Origin: a virus
DNA length: 64,000 bases
Direction: 5' to 3' (one strand)
IMG/VR virus record: IMGVR_UViG_3300049491_000383
Span: 1 to 64,000 of that record
The notes beneath the pieces are model-generated. The model was not told the origin of the DNA. It searched no databases and saw nothing but the letters and a program-made list of their open reading frames with translations. Shown here piece after piece: positions 17,249-26,403 of this stretch (positions within the stretch are counted from its first letter, which is position 1; each line of letters opens with the position of its first letter). Position numbers and translations under genes: made by a program.

Positions 17249-17673
17249 AGCTTTGCCTTTTCCGCTTCAAAAACTCTCTTTCTCAGATTTGATGTTGAGA
17301 ATCCATGATTTCTAGAGTTGAAGACTACCTTTGTCTGCATCCCCGGAATATCCCAACCGGTATATTCTTTATCTTCCCAGTCAGCACCTATAAATCGTTT
17401 GTCAAATTTAACAGAACACAAAAGGTTATGCAAGTCCTGCTCGGTTTCATATACCACCACCTCGTCTACATACTTACAAGCTCTCACCTGCAGATAGCGT
17501 TCGTGCGTGCTTTGAACGGGAATATTCTTATCTGGACGATCAATGTGTGGATTAGTCTGCAAGAAGACAATGAGGTAATCGCATTGTCCCTTGCATTCTT
17601 CAAACATCAAAAAGTGGCCGGCGTGTGTAAGGTCGAAGCTACCGGCGGTAACTCCAATCACGCCCTTATTCAC
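17245..17673 (-). CDS. TagD-like cytidylyltransferase
   Basis: GSFDLTHAGH, KYVDEVV, IGADW, RNHGFSTSNL. Confidence 0.85.
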   Translation of the reverse strand: MNKGVIGVTAGSFDLTHAGHFLMFEECKGQCDYLIVFLQTNPHIDRPDKNIPVQSTHERYLQVRACKYVDEVVVYETEQDLHNLLCSVKFDKRFIGADWEDKEYTGWDIPGMQTKVVFNSRNHGFSTSNLRKRVFEAEKAKL

Positions 17674-18002
17674 GGCTTACTAGATGTGGGGAATGGCCAG
17701 CGGGCCTTATCGGTAATATCGCCCTTCGCAGCGACCGACGCCGATGTAGGAAATGCCCACGGCTTTGGAAGATTAGCAGTTCCGCCCTTCACAGTCTTCA
17801 CCTCGGGTTCAACATACGCAATGAAATCGTACTGATCCTTGATGTTATCGCCGAAGAACTTACCGAGTGAATCCGCGTTGACGAAATCTTCATAAACATC
17901 CTTCGGCACATTTTCGTACTCGTAGAACTTACCAGACTTCAACCTAACAAATAGATTACCATTGTTCCAGATCACTTCCTTAATAAAACTCGAATCTTTC
18001 AT
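17670..18002 (-). CDS. KTSC domain protein
   Basis: SSFI...LFVRLKSG..YEYENVP..VY..F..ADSLGKFF..NIK. Confidence 0.85.
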   Translation of the reverse strand: MKDSSFIKEVIWNNGNLFVRLKSGKFYEYENVPKDVYEDFVNADSLGKFFGDNIKDQYDFIAYVEPEVKTVKGGTANLPKPWAFPTSASVAAKGDITDKARWPFPTSSKP

Positions 18003-18778
18003 TTGAACTCCACAAATTTGTCTAATACAAAACCTTTCTTGCCGTGTAACATCACGGCACCGGTTAAGAATCCACCCTTGCCGCAGCCAGTATCCATAAA
18101 GATTGCCTTGCCGCCGCTTGCATTAGTTACCTGCATAGGTTCGCTGATAGGCTTATTGTGGATCGGTTGCTTATCGTGTCCAACGATGACAGTTTTACCC
18201 ATAGGGATTTCGTCAATCCAATTGTACAAGCGTACAGGATATCCATCATCCATTGTTTCACCGTTGGTTTCTCCAACCAAGAAGCGTGAACGAGCAGTCT
18301 TACCTGTTGAGCCTTCTTTGGGCTCTTCCCAGATGCTAGGATGACTTGCAGCATGAACTAAGGTAAAGTCTCCGAATTTATGGTACAAACCAGACAACAT
18401 CTTATCTTCAACGATGGCCTTGTACATGCGTTTGTATTCATCCATGCGCTCGGGTCCAACATCTGCCAAAGTCTGTTTCGCATCGCGTGAGAAACTAACC
18501 TTGTTGCCGACGATTCCACGATAATGCTTATCGTCATGGTTACCAAGCGTAAAGGCTGCACGTCCATCGTACATCATTTTGTACATGGCTTCAACAACTT
18601 CAAAGGGCTGGCGATCTCTGTCAACCAAATCACCCAATGACATGAATAAAAAGTTCTCACCCACAGCAAATTTGCGGGCCCGTTCGAAGGCGTTGAAGTT
18701 GCCATGCACATCGGCAAAAATCAACATTCCATCAAAACTTTCCTTAACGTAATTTGCTACGGTAAACATATCATTCAT
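17999..18778 (-). CDS. Calcineurin-like metallophosphoesterase (Pnkp/PrpE phosphatase-like)
   Basis: DVHG, GDLVDR, GNHD, VHA, VGH, DTGCGKGGFLT. Confidence 0.9.
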   Translation of the reverse strand: MNDMFTVANYVKESFDGMLIFADVHGNFNAFERARKFAVGENFLFMSLGDLVDRDRQPFEVVEAMYKMMYDGRAAFTLGNHDDKHYRGIVGNKVSFSRDAKQTLADVGPERMDEYKRMYKAIVEDKMLSGLYHKFGDFTLVHAASHPSIWEEPKEGSTGKTARSRFLVGETNGETMDDGYPVRLYNWIDEIPMGKTVIVGHDKQPIHNKPISEPMQVTNASGGKAIFMDTGCGKGGFLTGAVMLHGKKGFVLDKFVEFK

Positions 18779-19145
18779 CTTCTAAATAACCGGCGGGATA
18801 CCAACCCATCCTGTCAAAACATTCTCTGACTAAATCTGCAACCTGGCCTTCGTTGCCAGCACAGTAGTAATCCATGTAATCTTCTTTTGTGCCGTGATTT
18901 ATATTCCTAATCTCAGCAATGAATCCACCAGCGGTTCTCCAAGAGCAAGACCATGCTTTCTCATGATCGCCCTTTAACTTGTTTATTATACGCTCATCGT
19001 CGGGAATGGGCGGCCTTTTGGGGTACCAATCCACATTACACAAAGCACCGTAGAAATCTGTGGCAATAGAGCGATCTTTCAGGTAGTCAATAACTATCCT
19101 GTCTTTCGTCATTTCTTCGTATAGGTCCCTATCTTCTAGGTCCAC
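18771..19145 (-). CDS. Hypothetical protein
   Basis: FYGALCN...WSCSWRTAGG...DYMDYYC..NEG.V; packed in the operon. Confidence 0.7.
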   Translation of the reverse strand: MDLEDRDLYEEMTKDRIVIDYLKDRSIATDFYGALCNVDWYPKRPPIPDDERIINKLKGDHEKAWSCSWRTAGGFIAEIRNINHGTKEDYMDYYCAGNEGQVADLVRECFDRMGWYPAGYLEDE

Positions 19146-19909
19146 AGGTGGTGCCTTACATTCATGAGGCGAATAAGCATTGCATCATCCTCAAGTTTCC
19201 AATCTTCTTCTTGTTTGTTTTGCTCTTCCATTGCGTCACGGTGAGCCTTGAAGTCTGGAGCCTCGCGGTCGAAATCGTCGTCGAAGCAGGCCATGAAATC
19301 ATCCAACCCCTGATCGGCGTATGGTGGTGCCTCGATTTCTTTTCTGGCAGGACGCTTATTTACCCACCAGTCATACAACTCACGGATTTCACGTGCGGCG
19401 ACAGCCTGGTGATCACAGCGTTCGCTCGGTGGAAGTGCCGGGTCATCCAGTGTTGCTGCCCAGGCAAGATGTTCCAATCCCAGATCAGGACGACGGAACT
19501 TTAGGCGAAAGAAGAAAGGCAACCATCTTTCGAAGTTTGTCTTGCTATTTTTTCTTTCGTCGGACCAGATATAGTGGTGCCATGCGGTTTCAACTTCAAC
19601 AAAATCTTTGAGAAGGTTGAAGTTTGCATTCAGCATCTGTGTTTCCACGCCGTAATAGCTGGGCGCAAGGCCAGTATCTACGAGATGGTAACGATCGTAG
19701 GTTCTATAACGAATCCAATCACTGATAGCTTCTTTCTTCCATTTGATAGGAAGGATAACCGAGTGTCTGAAATCGTTATTGAGCCAATAGCGGATTGGCG
19801 CATTCTTCTTGAATTCCTTCTTGAAGAGGCGCCAACCTTTCGATGATAGGGCACCGGGAGGATTGTAGTCCAACCAGCTTCCAATTTTGTGCTTTAGTTT
19901 CTTAAACAT
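19136..19909 (-). CDS. Hypothetical Trp-rich phage protein
   Basis: 257-aa ORF ending LIRLMNVRHHLWT; has its own promoter. Confidence 0.75.
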   Translation of the reverse strand: MFKKLKHKIGSWLDYNPPGALSSKGWRLFKKEFKKNAPIRYWLNNDFRHSVILPIKWKKEAISDWIRYRTYDRYHLVDTGLAPSYYGVETQMLNANFNLLKDFVEVETAWHHYIWSDERKNSKTNFERWLPFFFRLKFRRPDLGLEHLAWAATLDDPALPPSERCDHQAVAAREIRELYDWWVNKRPARKEIEAPPYADQGLDDFMACFDDDFDREAPDFKAHRDAMEEQNKQEEDWKLEDDAMLIRLMNVRHHLWT

Positions 19910-19916
19910 GCATTGT

Positions 19917-19945
19917 ATGTTACATGCATCCTACCAACAAGTCAA
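19917..19945 (-). promoter_or_regulatory. sigma70-type promoter, probably leaderless
   Basis: TTGACT-17 nt-TAACAT, 7 nt to the ATG at 19909. Confidence 0.55.
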
Positions 19946-19946
19946 G

Positions 19947-20147
19947 TTAGTGGTTAGCTTTGGAGATGAATGCGTTCATCTTATCAGCTTCTGCAATAAC
20001 TTCCTCTGTTGTTGGCGCTGTGGTAACATTGTCACCATTAAGTACGCCGGCGGCTTGGTGCTTTTGAATTAGAACATCAAATGCAAGTTGCAAAAGATCG
20101 AGTCTAATTTCATACGGGGTTTTTGGTGCAGTTCTATTTGACATCAT
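19947..20147 (-). CDS. Small hypothetical protein
   Basis: TPYEIRLDLL...PTTEEVIAEA; AAGGA SD. Confidence 0.7.
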   Translation of the reverse strand: MMSNRTAPKTPYEIRLDLLQLAFDVLIQKHQAAGVLNGDNVTTAPTTEEVIAEADKMNAFISKANH

Positions 20148-20176
20148 ATATTTCCTTTGTGTTGTGTTTGTTATTT

Positions 20177-20488
20177 TTAATTGGAAGTAACATCCGATGC
20201 ACCAGACACCGCTGTTCCAGATCCACCCTGAATAACTATAACAGGGTCTCCTATTCTTACTTGTCCAAGATTGTTAGTTTGAACATCTGACGATCCAGCA
20301 ACTGCCTGAAATGTGTGTCCACAATCTGTTATTCCGAGATCGCCTACCCTAATCATTCCAATACCATCAGCCGTAACATCTGATGCACCAGTCGTCCAAA
20401 ATCCAGTAAAATTTCGTGGATGGCCAGATGCACTTGCATTGCATACACCAGTTACAATATCGCCGACCCTGCAGCATCCACTAAACAT
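20177..20488 (-). CDS. PAAR-like baseplate spike tip protein
   Basis: Three xRxGD repeats, Cys/His residues (C..H, CGH), GASDV motifs. Confidence 0.75.
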   Translation of the reverse strand: MFSGCCRVGDIVTGVCNASASGHPRNFTGFWTTGASDVTADGIGMIRVGDLGITDCGHTFQAVAGSSDVQTNNLGQVRIGDPVIVIQGGSGTAVSGASDVTSN

Positions 20489-20489
20489 C

Positions 20490-21074
20490 TCAAGTTGCCC
20501 AATTCTTAACTTTATTCAATACATCAGTTACATATGATGGATTGGTTGTTGAAGTTACATACTTAGCGAAAGAGTCTGCCTGTAACGTGCTTAATCCGCC
20601 TAAAGATGCAGTATTTGCAACACTAAAAGAAGACGTTAATGCAGATTGTGCGCTATCAGCAGTGGATTGCAAAGATGCAATTGCACCTAAATCTCCACTG
20701 TTTAATTGTGTAATAAAGCTAGGAGTAAGTAACGATTGAACACCACCAATTTGTGTACTGATATCCGAAAATGGTGCAAATGCCTTATTGAACGTTTGAC
20801 TTGCGCCATTTGGGTCAATAACTGCAATGCCCAATTGTTTTTCAATATTGTCTGCCGCTGTCATAATTGGCAGTTGTGTTCTTATACTACCTACCATTCC
20901 GCCAATCTTTGCTTGAGTGTCGGACAACATAGAGGTTACGCTCGTCACTGCGGCCGCTGCCGCAGGATTGGTTACCTGACTAGTCAGCGCAGTGACCTGT
21001 GATGCTAATGCATCAGCAGGATTTTTAAGAGCAGTGCCTGCCTTAAAGGAATTGAACGTATCTAGAAATGACAT
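20490..21074 (-). CDS. Hypothetical Ala/Ser-rich probable structural protein
   Basis: Low-charge helical ORF next to the PAAR gene. Confidence 0.6.
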   Translation of the reverse strand: MSFLDTFNSFKAGTALKNPADALASQVTALTSQVTNPAAAAAVTSVTSMLSDTQAKIGGMVGSIRTQLPIMTAADNIEKQLGIAVIDPNGASQTFNKAFAPFSDISTQIGGVQSLLTPSFITQLNSGDLGAIASLQSTADSAQSALTSSFSVANTASLGGLSTLQADSFAKYVTSTTNPSYVTDVLNKVKNWAT

Positions 21075-21075
21075 C

Positions 21076-21363
21076 TTACTTCTTCAGTAATTGAATTGGA
21101 GAAATAGCTTGTTCATATTGCTCTTGCAATTTTGGTGCAGGTTGTGCTGTGATTGCCGGCTTCGGGACAGTAATAAATTTTTCAGGATCGGCCATCATAA
21201 TAAACGGCGCAAACTGAAATCCCTGTTGTGTTGCTACCATACAGAGCGGACTCTTGATATGGTAGGCCATCATTGTTTCCTCGACAACCTTACCGATAAA
21301 TTCTTCACCCGCGCCAGTTTTGAAAACTGCGATATACGGTGTTTCACTTTTATTAACTAACAT
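21076..21363 (-). CDS. Hypothetical protein (Sm-like fold possible)
   Basis: FKTGAGEEFIGK...P pattern; overlaps the nrdB stop. Confidence 0.65.
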   Translation of the reverse strand: MLVNKSETPYIAVFKTGAGEEFIGKVVEETMMAYHIKSPLCMVATQQGFQFAPFIMMADPEKFITVPKPAITAQPAPKLQEQYEQAISPIQLLKK

Positions 21364-22382
21364 TAAAATTCATCCCATCCATCAACGGCTTCACTGCGGC
21401 TATATTCTGTTACCTTTGTCTCAAAGAAGTTTTCACGCTTCTCTGCATTCAGATATTCATACGGGTTCTTTGTGTAACCCTTATATACCACACCTAAGCC
21501 TAGTAATTTAGTTCTTTGGTTGGCAAGGTACTTTACATAGTTTTCTGTACTATCTTGGGAGATACCTAAAATTCTATCTCCGTAAATATCCTTACCCCAT
21601 TCTATTTCTTGCTCTGCTGCTTGCGTAATATTGTCAAGCAAAATCTTTCTATCACCATCATCGTTAAGATCAAATATTTCACGGATGATATTAGAGAACA
21701 TATTGACGTGAGTTACCTCATCGTTCTCAATGTACTTGATCATTTTAGCAACGTTTGCGACCTTATTGCGAGCCGCCAACTGATAGAAGAATTGGAATCC
21801 GTTGTAGAAATAAATGCTTTCTAGTGCAAAGTTAGCTGCTACAGCGGTCTTAAAATTCTCTACTGTCTTGCTGTCAATGAATCTCTGATATTGGCCGGCA
21901 ATAAACTTGTTACGCTTTAGCAATAGAGGATTGTTTCTCCAATGATTGTAAATTTCTTCACGTTCAACATTTGGAAACAATTCTTGTAACAAATACTGAT
22001 AAGACTGAGAATGAATCAATTCCTGAAATGCCTGGATAGTAAACAAACCGCCAACTTCCGGTGCGGTAATATAGTCTGCTATATTTGGCAAATTCGATAC
22101 CTGCATACTATCTAGTGCAATTAAGAACGACAATGTGTTCTTGAATGCTTCCATCTCGTCTTTGGTCAATTCGCGGATTGTCACCTTGTCATCAACGAGG
22201 GAGATCTTTTCAGGAATCCAGAAGTTGTTTACCATAATCTTGTACAACTTTGGTGCCCACTGGTACTTAACACTGTTTAGGTTAAGAATACCAGTAGCTG
22301 TACCATTAATCATTTGACGAGCAGTAGTGGAATCGTCCCCTAGTTCATCAAATATTTTCTTCTGAGTGAGTTCTGACATCAA
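21363..22382 (-). CDS. nrdB: Ribonucleotide reductase class I beta subunit
   Basis: NFWIPE, LDSMQ, QELIHSQSY, ESIYFYNGF, DEVTH, NFFE. Confidence 0.95.
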   Translation of the reverse strand: MMSELTQKKIFDELGDDSTTARQMINGTATGILNLNSVKYQWAPKLYKIMVNNFWIPEKISLVDDKVTIRELTKDEMEAFKNTLSFLIALDSMQVSNLPNIADYITAPEVGGLFTIQAFQELIHSQSYQYLLQELFPNVEREEIYNHWRNNPLLLKRNKFIAGQYQRFIDSKTVENFKTAVAANFALESIYFYNGFQFFYQLAARNKVANVAKMIKYIENDEVTHVNMFSNIIREIFDLNDDGDRKILLDNITQAAEQEIEWGKDIYGDRILGISQDSTENYVKYLANQRTKLLGLGVVYKGYTKNPYEYLNAEKRENFFETKVTEYSRSEAVDGWDEF

Positions 22383-22388
22383 TATTCC

Positions 22389-24602
22389 TTATCCGGCGCA
22401 AGCTACGCAGTCTTCTTCTGCTTTAACTGGTGTATCAACTGTGGCATTCTTCTTGATAGCTCTAATGTAATAGATTGCCTTCAATCCCTTATCGTGTGCA
22501 TAATGAATTGCATCATAGAGTTCTTTAGCATTGAACGTATCTTTACGCTGGTCAAATATTAACTCCATCGAGCAGCCGGTGTCAATGAACTTCTGCAATT
22601 CAGAGACCACATCAATAATTTCTGTGGCACTATGTTTTGAGAATGTCTTACCATAGGCGATAGGATTATCTTTAAGATACTTCGCAACCACAACGAGTTT
22701 ACCATTCTTGTTATCTTCAGAGAAGAATGCATCATATACTGGTAACACGCTTGCACTTGAGTCCATATAGATTGAAGTGCTTGTATTTGGGGCTGGACTC
22801 GTGAGCTGGCTATTTCTAATACCAAATTCGTTAATCTGACTTTGCAAGAAATCCCAATCGTATTTGCCGGATGCATGTTCTGCAAACTTTGCAACACGAT
22901 TGCCGTTCTTCCATTCCGAGTGTTCGTATGCATCAAAAGTACCAAAACGCTTTGCCAATTCAACACTAGCTAATGCTGCATTGTATTCTACGCATTCTGC
23001 GATTTCCCTGATGTAATCTAGGTCACGGAAATTCAGATACTCACGTGCTAGGTGATCATGCAGACCCTGCAGACCAATGCCAATGGTGCGATAACGTTGA
23101 TTATGTGCGGCGGTAATCTTGTCAGGAGCATTAGTTAGACTGATGCCATAGTCAAGAATCTTAGTGGTTAATGCCGAAATTTTACCTAATTCCTTAAAGT
23201 CCTTGATGTTGCCTAGCACAATAGAGGCTAGATTACATACGTGACCGAGCTCGTCGGGCTTTACATTAGAGAATGATTCTGTACACAAATTCACGCAAGG
23301 AATACCCACGTGTCCGTTGGTGTCTCCCTTGTTAGGATTGTACTCATTGATTGTATCAGTGAAGGAGATGTACGGTAAGCCTGTTTCAAACTGAATACGC
23401 ATGATAATCTTCATTAGGTCACGCGCATTGTCAAACTTACGTGTGGTTAGAAGCTTACCCTCTTCAGCAGCCTTCTCAATCTTTAGATACGCCTGTGTGA
23501 ATGCTTCACCATGCAGGCCACGCACATCAATGCCAAGCTTTTTCTTAACTTCAAACGGCGAAAAGGTATACCATTGCCCCTTCTCCTTATCACGTTGCAT
23601 AAAGATGTCCGGAATACAAACTTGTGGGAATACGTCGTATGCCTTCATGCGTGGATCACCGTGTTCGGTTTGCATATCAAGGAAATCTAGAATATCGTTG
23701 TGCCAAATTGGAAGTGCAATTGTACCTGCACCGGCACGCTTTCCGCCTTGGTTAACGGCGACAAGAGTGTCGTTTAGGATCTTAATCCACTGAACAACAG
23801 TACCTGCAGCATTGGAATAACCATTTACGTCATCACCCTTGGCACGTAGATAACCAAGGAATAGTCCTAGGCCGCCGCCATTCTTGGAAATCAATGCAAC
23901 GCGCTTAATGTTATCAAAGATTGAATCAATGTCGTCTTCAACGGCGATAATGAAACAGGATGCTACGTTTCCTCCTTTGCGTAGATTCGCAAGGAAAGGT
24001 GTAGCTAATGAAATCTTACGTTGAGAAAGTGCGTTGTAGACTTCCTTAACAAACTTAGTTCGTGTTTCTTCGGGCTCAAATTGTCCAAAGCGCATTGCAT
24101 TCACCATATGCATATGCTGATTCAATTCATACTTGCCTAGATACTTTTTCTTAGCTGTGATTAGACTGGCATAGCTGTAGTCCAAGTCGCGAACTGTCTT
24201 TACTGCTGCACCAAGGTCGTCGAGTTGTTCGTCAGAATAAAACTCTAGGAGTTCCTTAGAGTAGTGACCTTTTTCAATATTGAATTGCACTACCTCTCTG
24301 AAGGACTTTCCACGCAGGGGAAAGTTTGCCCATTCATCCATGGCTAAAGCACGACCGGCAACATTAACCCAATCTGGTGCTGCCGGTGTTGCTAGTTGAA
24401 TGGCGTGCTGAATTACATTCAACTGAATGTCGCGTGTCTTAATACCGGGCTTCAGAAACTGATCAAATTTTGATTCTAGTTCTAGTGGATTTACATCTTG
24501 CCCTTCGGATGCCATCTGGATGGACTTTTTAATCTTTGAAACGTCGTAGGGCTCTTTTGTACCGTCACGCTTTTCCACTAGAATTTCTTTCATTGATGCC
24601 AT
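22389..24602 (-). CDS. nrdA: Ribonucleotide reductase class I alpha subunit with ATP cone
   Basis: VEKRDG ATP cone, ASCF, GGGLG, NLCTE, CNLASI, APNTSTS, C-terminal CVACAG. Confidence 0.96.
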   Translation of the reverse strand: MASMKEILVEKRDGTKEPYDVSKIKKSIQMASEGQDVNPLELESKFDQFLKPGIKTRDIQLNVIQHAIQLATPAAPDWVNVAGRALAMDEWANFPLRGKSFREVVQFNIEKGHYSKELLEFYSDEQLDDLGAAVKTVRDLDYSYASLITAKKKYLGKYELNQHMHMVNAMRFGQFEPEETRTKFVKEVYNALSQRKISLATPFLANLRKGGNVASCFIIAVEDDIDSIFDNIKRVALISKNGGGLGLFLGYLRAKGDDVNGYSNAAGTVVQWIKILNDTLVAVNQGGKRAGAGTIALPIWHNDILDFLDMQTEHGDPRMKAYDVFPQVCIPDIFMQRDKEKGQWYTFSPFEVKKKLGIDVRGLHGEAFTQAYLKIEKAAEEGKLLTTRKFDNARDLMKIIMRIQFETGLPYISFTDTINEYNPNKGDTNGHVGIPCVNLCTESFSNVKPDELGHVCNLASIVLGNIKDFKELGKISALTTKILDYGISLTNAPDKITAAHNQRYRTIGIGLQGLHDHLAREYLNFRDLDYIREIAECVEYNAALASVELAKRFGTFDAYEHSEWKNGNRVAKFAEHASGKYDWDFLQSQINEFGIRNSQLTSPAPNTSTSIYMDSSASVLPVYDAFFSEDNKNGKLVVVAKYLKDNPIAYGKTFSKHSATEIIDVVSELQKFIDTGCSMELIFDQRKDTFNAKELYDAIHYAHDKGLKAIYYIRAIKKNATVDTPVKAEEDCVACAG

Positions 24603-24615
24603 AATTCCTTTCTCT

Positions 24616-25053
24616 CTATGTTATTGTTTTTATTTGCTGTTTTGAAAATTTCTGCATGACGATGAAATAATCGGAGATCAGCGAGTGTTTACTTACCACA
24701 CCCAACTCGTAATTCAAAACAAATTGATCATTAATTACAGGCAGAAGATAATCACCGTCATTATCCTTTACCAACCACAATTCTATCTTATGTTGACTGT
24801 CCAACATTGTGAGTGTGTGGTACATTAGAAGACTGATTGAACTGACACAAAATGACCCATGAAATAAAATTTCCCATGGTGTAGGCCAATCTTCTGGACT
24901 ATAGTAGTCCAACGACCTAGAACCAAAGGGAATTGATGCACAGAATTTTGCTACTTCAGCAAGTTGATCTTCTAGACTTAGCTCCTTTAAGTCATCTCTT
25001 AATTTTTTCCAAAGGCGAAGGCGTTCCTCGTCGGGTATAGCATTCCAAATCAT
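24616..25053 (-). CDS. Hypothetical protein
   Basis: 145-aa ORF with WPTPWEIL..GSFC. Confidence 0.7.
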   Translation of the reverse strand: MIWNAIPDEERLRLWKKLRDDLKELSLEDQLAEVAKFCASIPFGSRSLDYYSPEDWPTPWEILFHGSFCVSSISLLMYHTLTMLDSQHKIELWLVKDNDGDYLLPVINDQFVLNYELGVVSKHSLISDYFIVMQKFSKQQIKTIT

Positions 25054-25057
25054 ATCT

Positions 25058-25669
25058 TTAGAATGGTTGCCAGATTATCGAAGACGAACTAAATGTTAGG
25101 TTACCGGGAAAATCATGCATATACTTGATTTCAATTAATGTGTTTGTGCCATCGTATTCTGCAATGAAACTAATTGTGCTCGGGGATGCATTATTGATTT
25201 CTGTCCCCACATCTGTAAGTGTCGCGTATGGAGGAGCAGCACAAGTAATCTGAAGTGCTCCGTTTCTAGAAAAGTCTATACCAGGAACATTCTGGTCCGG
25301 ACTTAGGGAATCTGTCAAATCATATAGAAGATTAAAGAAGGGTGTTGCTGTGTATGTGAGCGCGGCAATTGTTGTGAAAACTGCTGCGGGTGGAAGTTGA
25401 ATTACAACAGGTGGTAATGTTAGAGCACCGGCATTTGATTCTGCCAATTCGATGTATTCCGCATTGATATTGCCGACAAATGTTCTACGTGAATCAGTAC
25501 ATAAGGCAATTTCACCAGGAAATAATACATCTGGAAAATTTGTTGAAGTGAAGCCCGGCTGACTGCCGTAGCCACCGATTCCATCATACCCGGGTGGATA
25601 CAATAGGTCGAACTGTGACTGTAAACCTCTGCGGTTTTGTATTCTGGATACTACGACAGGTGATACCAT
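25058..25669 (-). CDS. Probable virion structural protein
   Basis: IQNRRG...GEIALCTDSRRTFVGN, like fibre/baseplate N-terminal domains; late motif at 25695..25701. Confidence 0.65.
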   Translation of the reverse strand: MVSPVVVSRIQNRRGLQSQFDLLYPPGYDGIGGYGSQPGFTSTNFPDVLFPGEIALCTDSRRTFVGNINAEYIELAESNAGALTLPPVVIQLPPAAVFTTIAALTYTATPFFNLLYDLTDSLSPDQNVPGIDFSRNGALQITCAAPPYATLTDVGTEINNASPSTISFIAEYDGTNTLIEIKYMHDFPGNLTFSSSSIIWQPF

Positions 25670-25697
25670 TTCTTATTCCTCTTAATCTGTGATGTAT

Positions 25698-26363
25698 TTA
25701 GTCATATCCGAACTGATCATAATAAGCGCATACTTTGTTGGCCCACATCGTTTCATAATGAGTAAATTCATCACCTTCAATAATAAATTCTTGATACTTT
25801 GCTTCTCGTGTTGCAATCATAACAACACCACGGTGAATATCTGTACCGTACATTTCATTGTGTGACATAGAATATGCTGCCAACTGCATAAAATAGTCTT
25901 CAATCCATTCACGCCTCTTGTCCTTCAAACTATTCTTAAAGTCCATGATAGAGGGAATGCCCTCATGAAGTCCAATGAGGTCAGTAGTTCCTGCGTAGAG
26001 TTCCTTAGAGTATAAAGAAACTTCGGTGCCCCAGACCTCATTAACCTTTGGCAACCCCTGCTTAATGATGACCTTTGCGAGTGTCTGAGCCATGAATGAA
26101 CCATCCATGGATTCACCAAGAATATACCTTTCAAGATTCTTGTGCATACCGTTGCCCAAGTTACTTGCGGTGGTTTTGATCTTGTTGGCTTCTTCTAGAC
26201 CTACACGAGCTTGCCATTCTTTAATGAATGTCATGTCCTTGGTCTTGCCGAGAATTGTCGTGACACTAGGCAATGGTCTACCTTCGCCGACTATATATCG
26301 ACGTCCGTTGCCATTGTCTACACGTTTCAGTGGTTGGTAATTAAACTTTTGTACTATCTGCAT
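25698..26363 (-). CDS. PD-(D/E)XK exonuclease
   Basis: PSVTTIL, G..MH, YAGTTDL, DFK, YFMQLAAY. Confidence 0.88.
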   Translation of the reverse strand: MQIVQKFNYQPLKRVDNGNGRRYIVGEGRPLPSVTTILGKTKDMTFIKEWQARVGLEEANKIKTTASNLGNGMHKNLERYILGESMDGSFMAQTLAKVIIKQGLPKVNEVWGTEVSLYSKELYAGTTDLIGLHEGIPSIMDFKNSLKDKRREWIEDYFMQLAAYSMSHNEMYGTDIHRGVVMIATREAKYQEFIIEGDEFTHYETMWANKVCAYYDQFGYD

Positions 26364-26369
26364 TGACGA

Positions 26370-26399
26370 ATTGTAACATAAAGAGTATCACAAGGTCAA
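26370..26399 (-). promoter_or_regulatory. sigma70-type promoter, probably leaderless
   Basis: TTGACC-18 nt-TACAAT with an extended TG; 6 nt to the ATG at 26363. Confidence 0.6.
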
Positions 26400-26403
26400 A
26401 GCT

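Noticed and set aside
21363-24602. Introns or inteins in nrdA/nrdB (also checked thyA, terminase, helicase, uvsX)
   Set aside because: ORFs are continuous and of normal length, with no intein motifs
25698-26363. Cas4 / CRISPR locus
   Set aside because: No Fe-S Cys cluster, no cas genes, and no repeat-spacer array seen in the window
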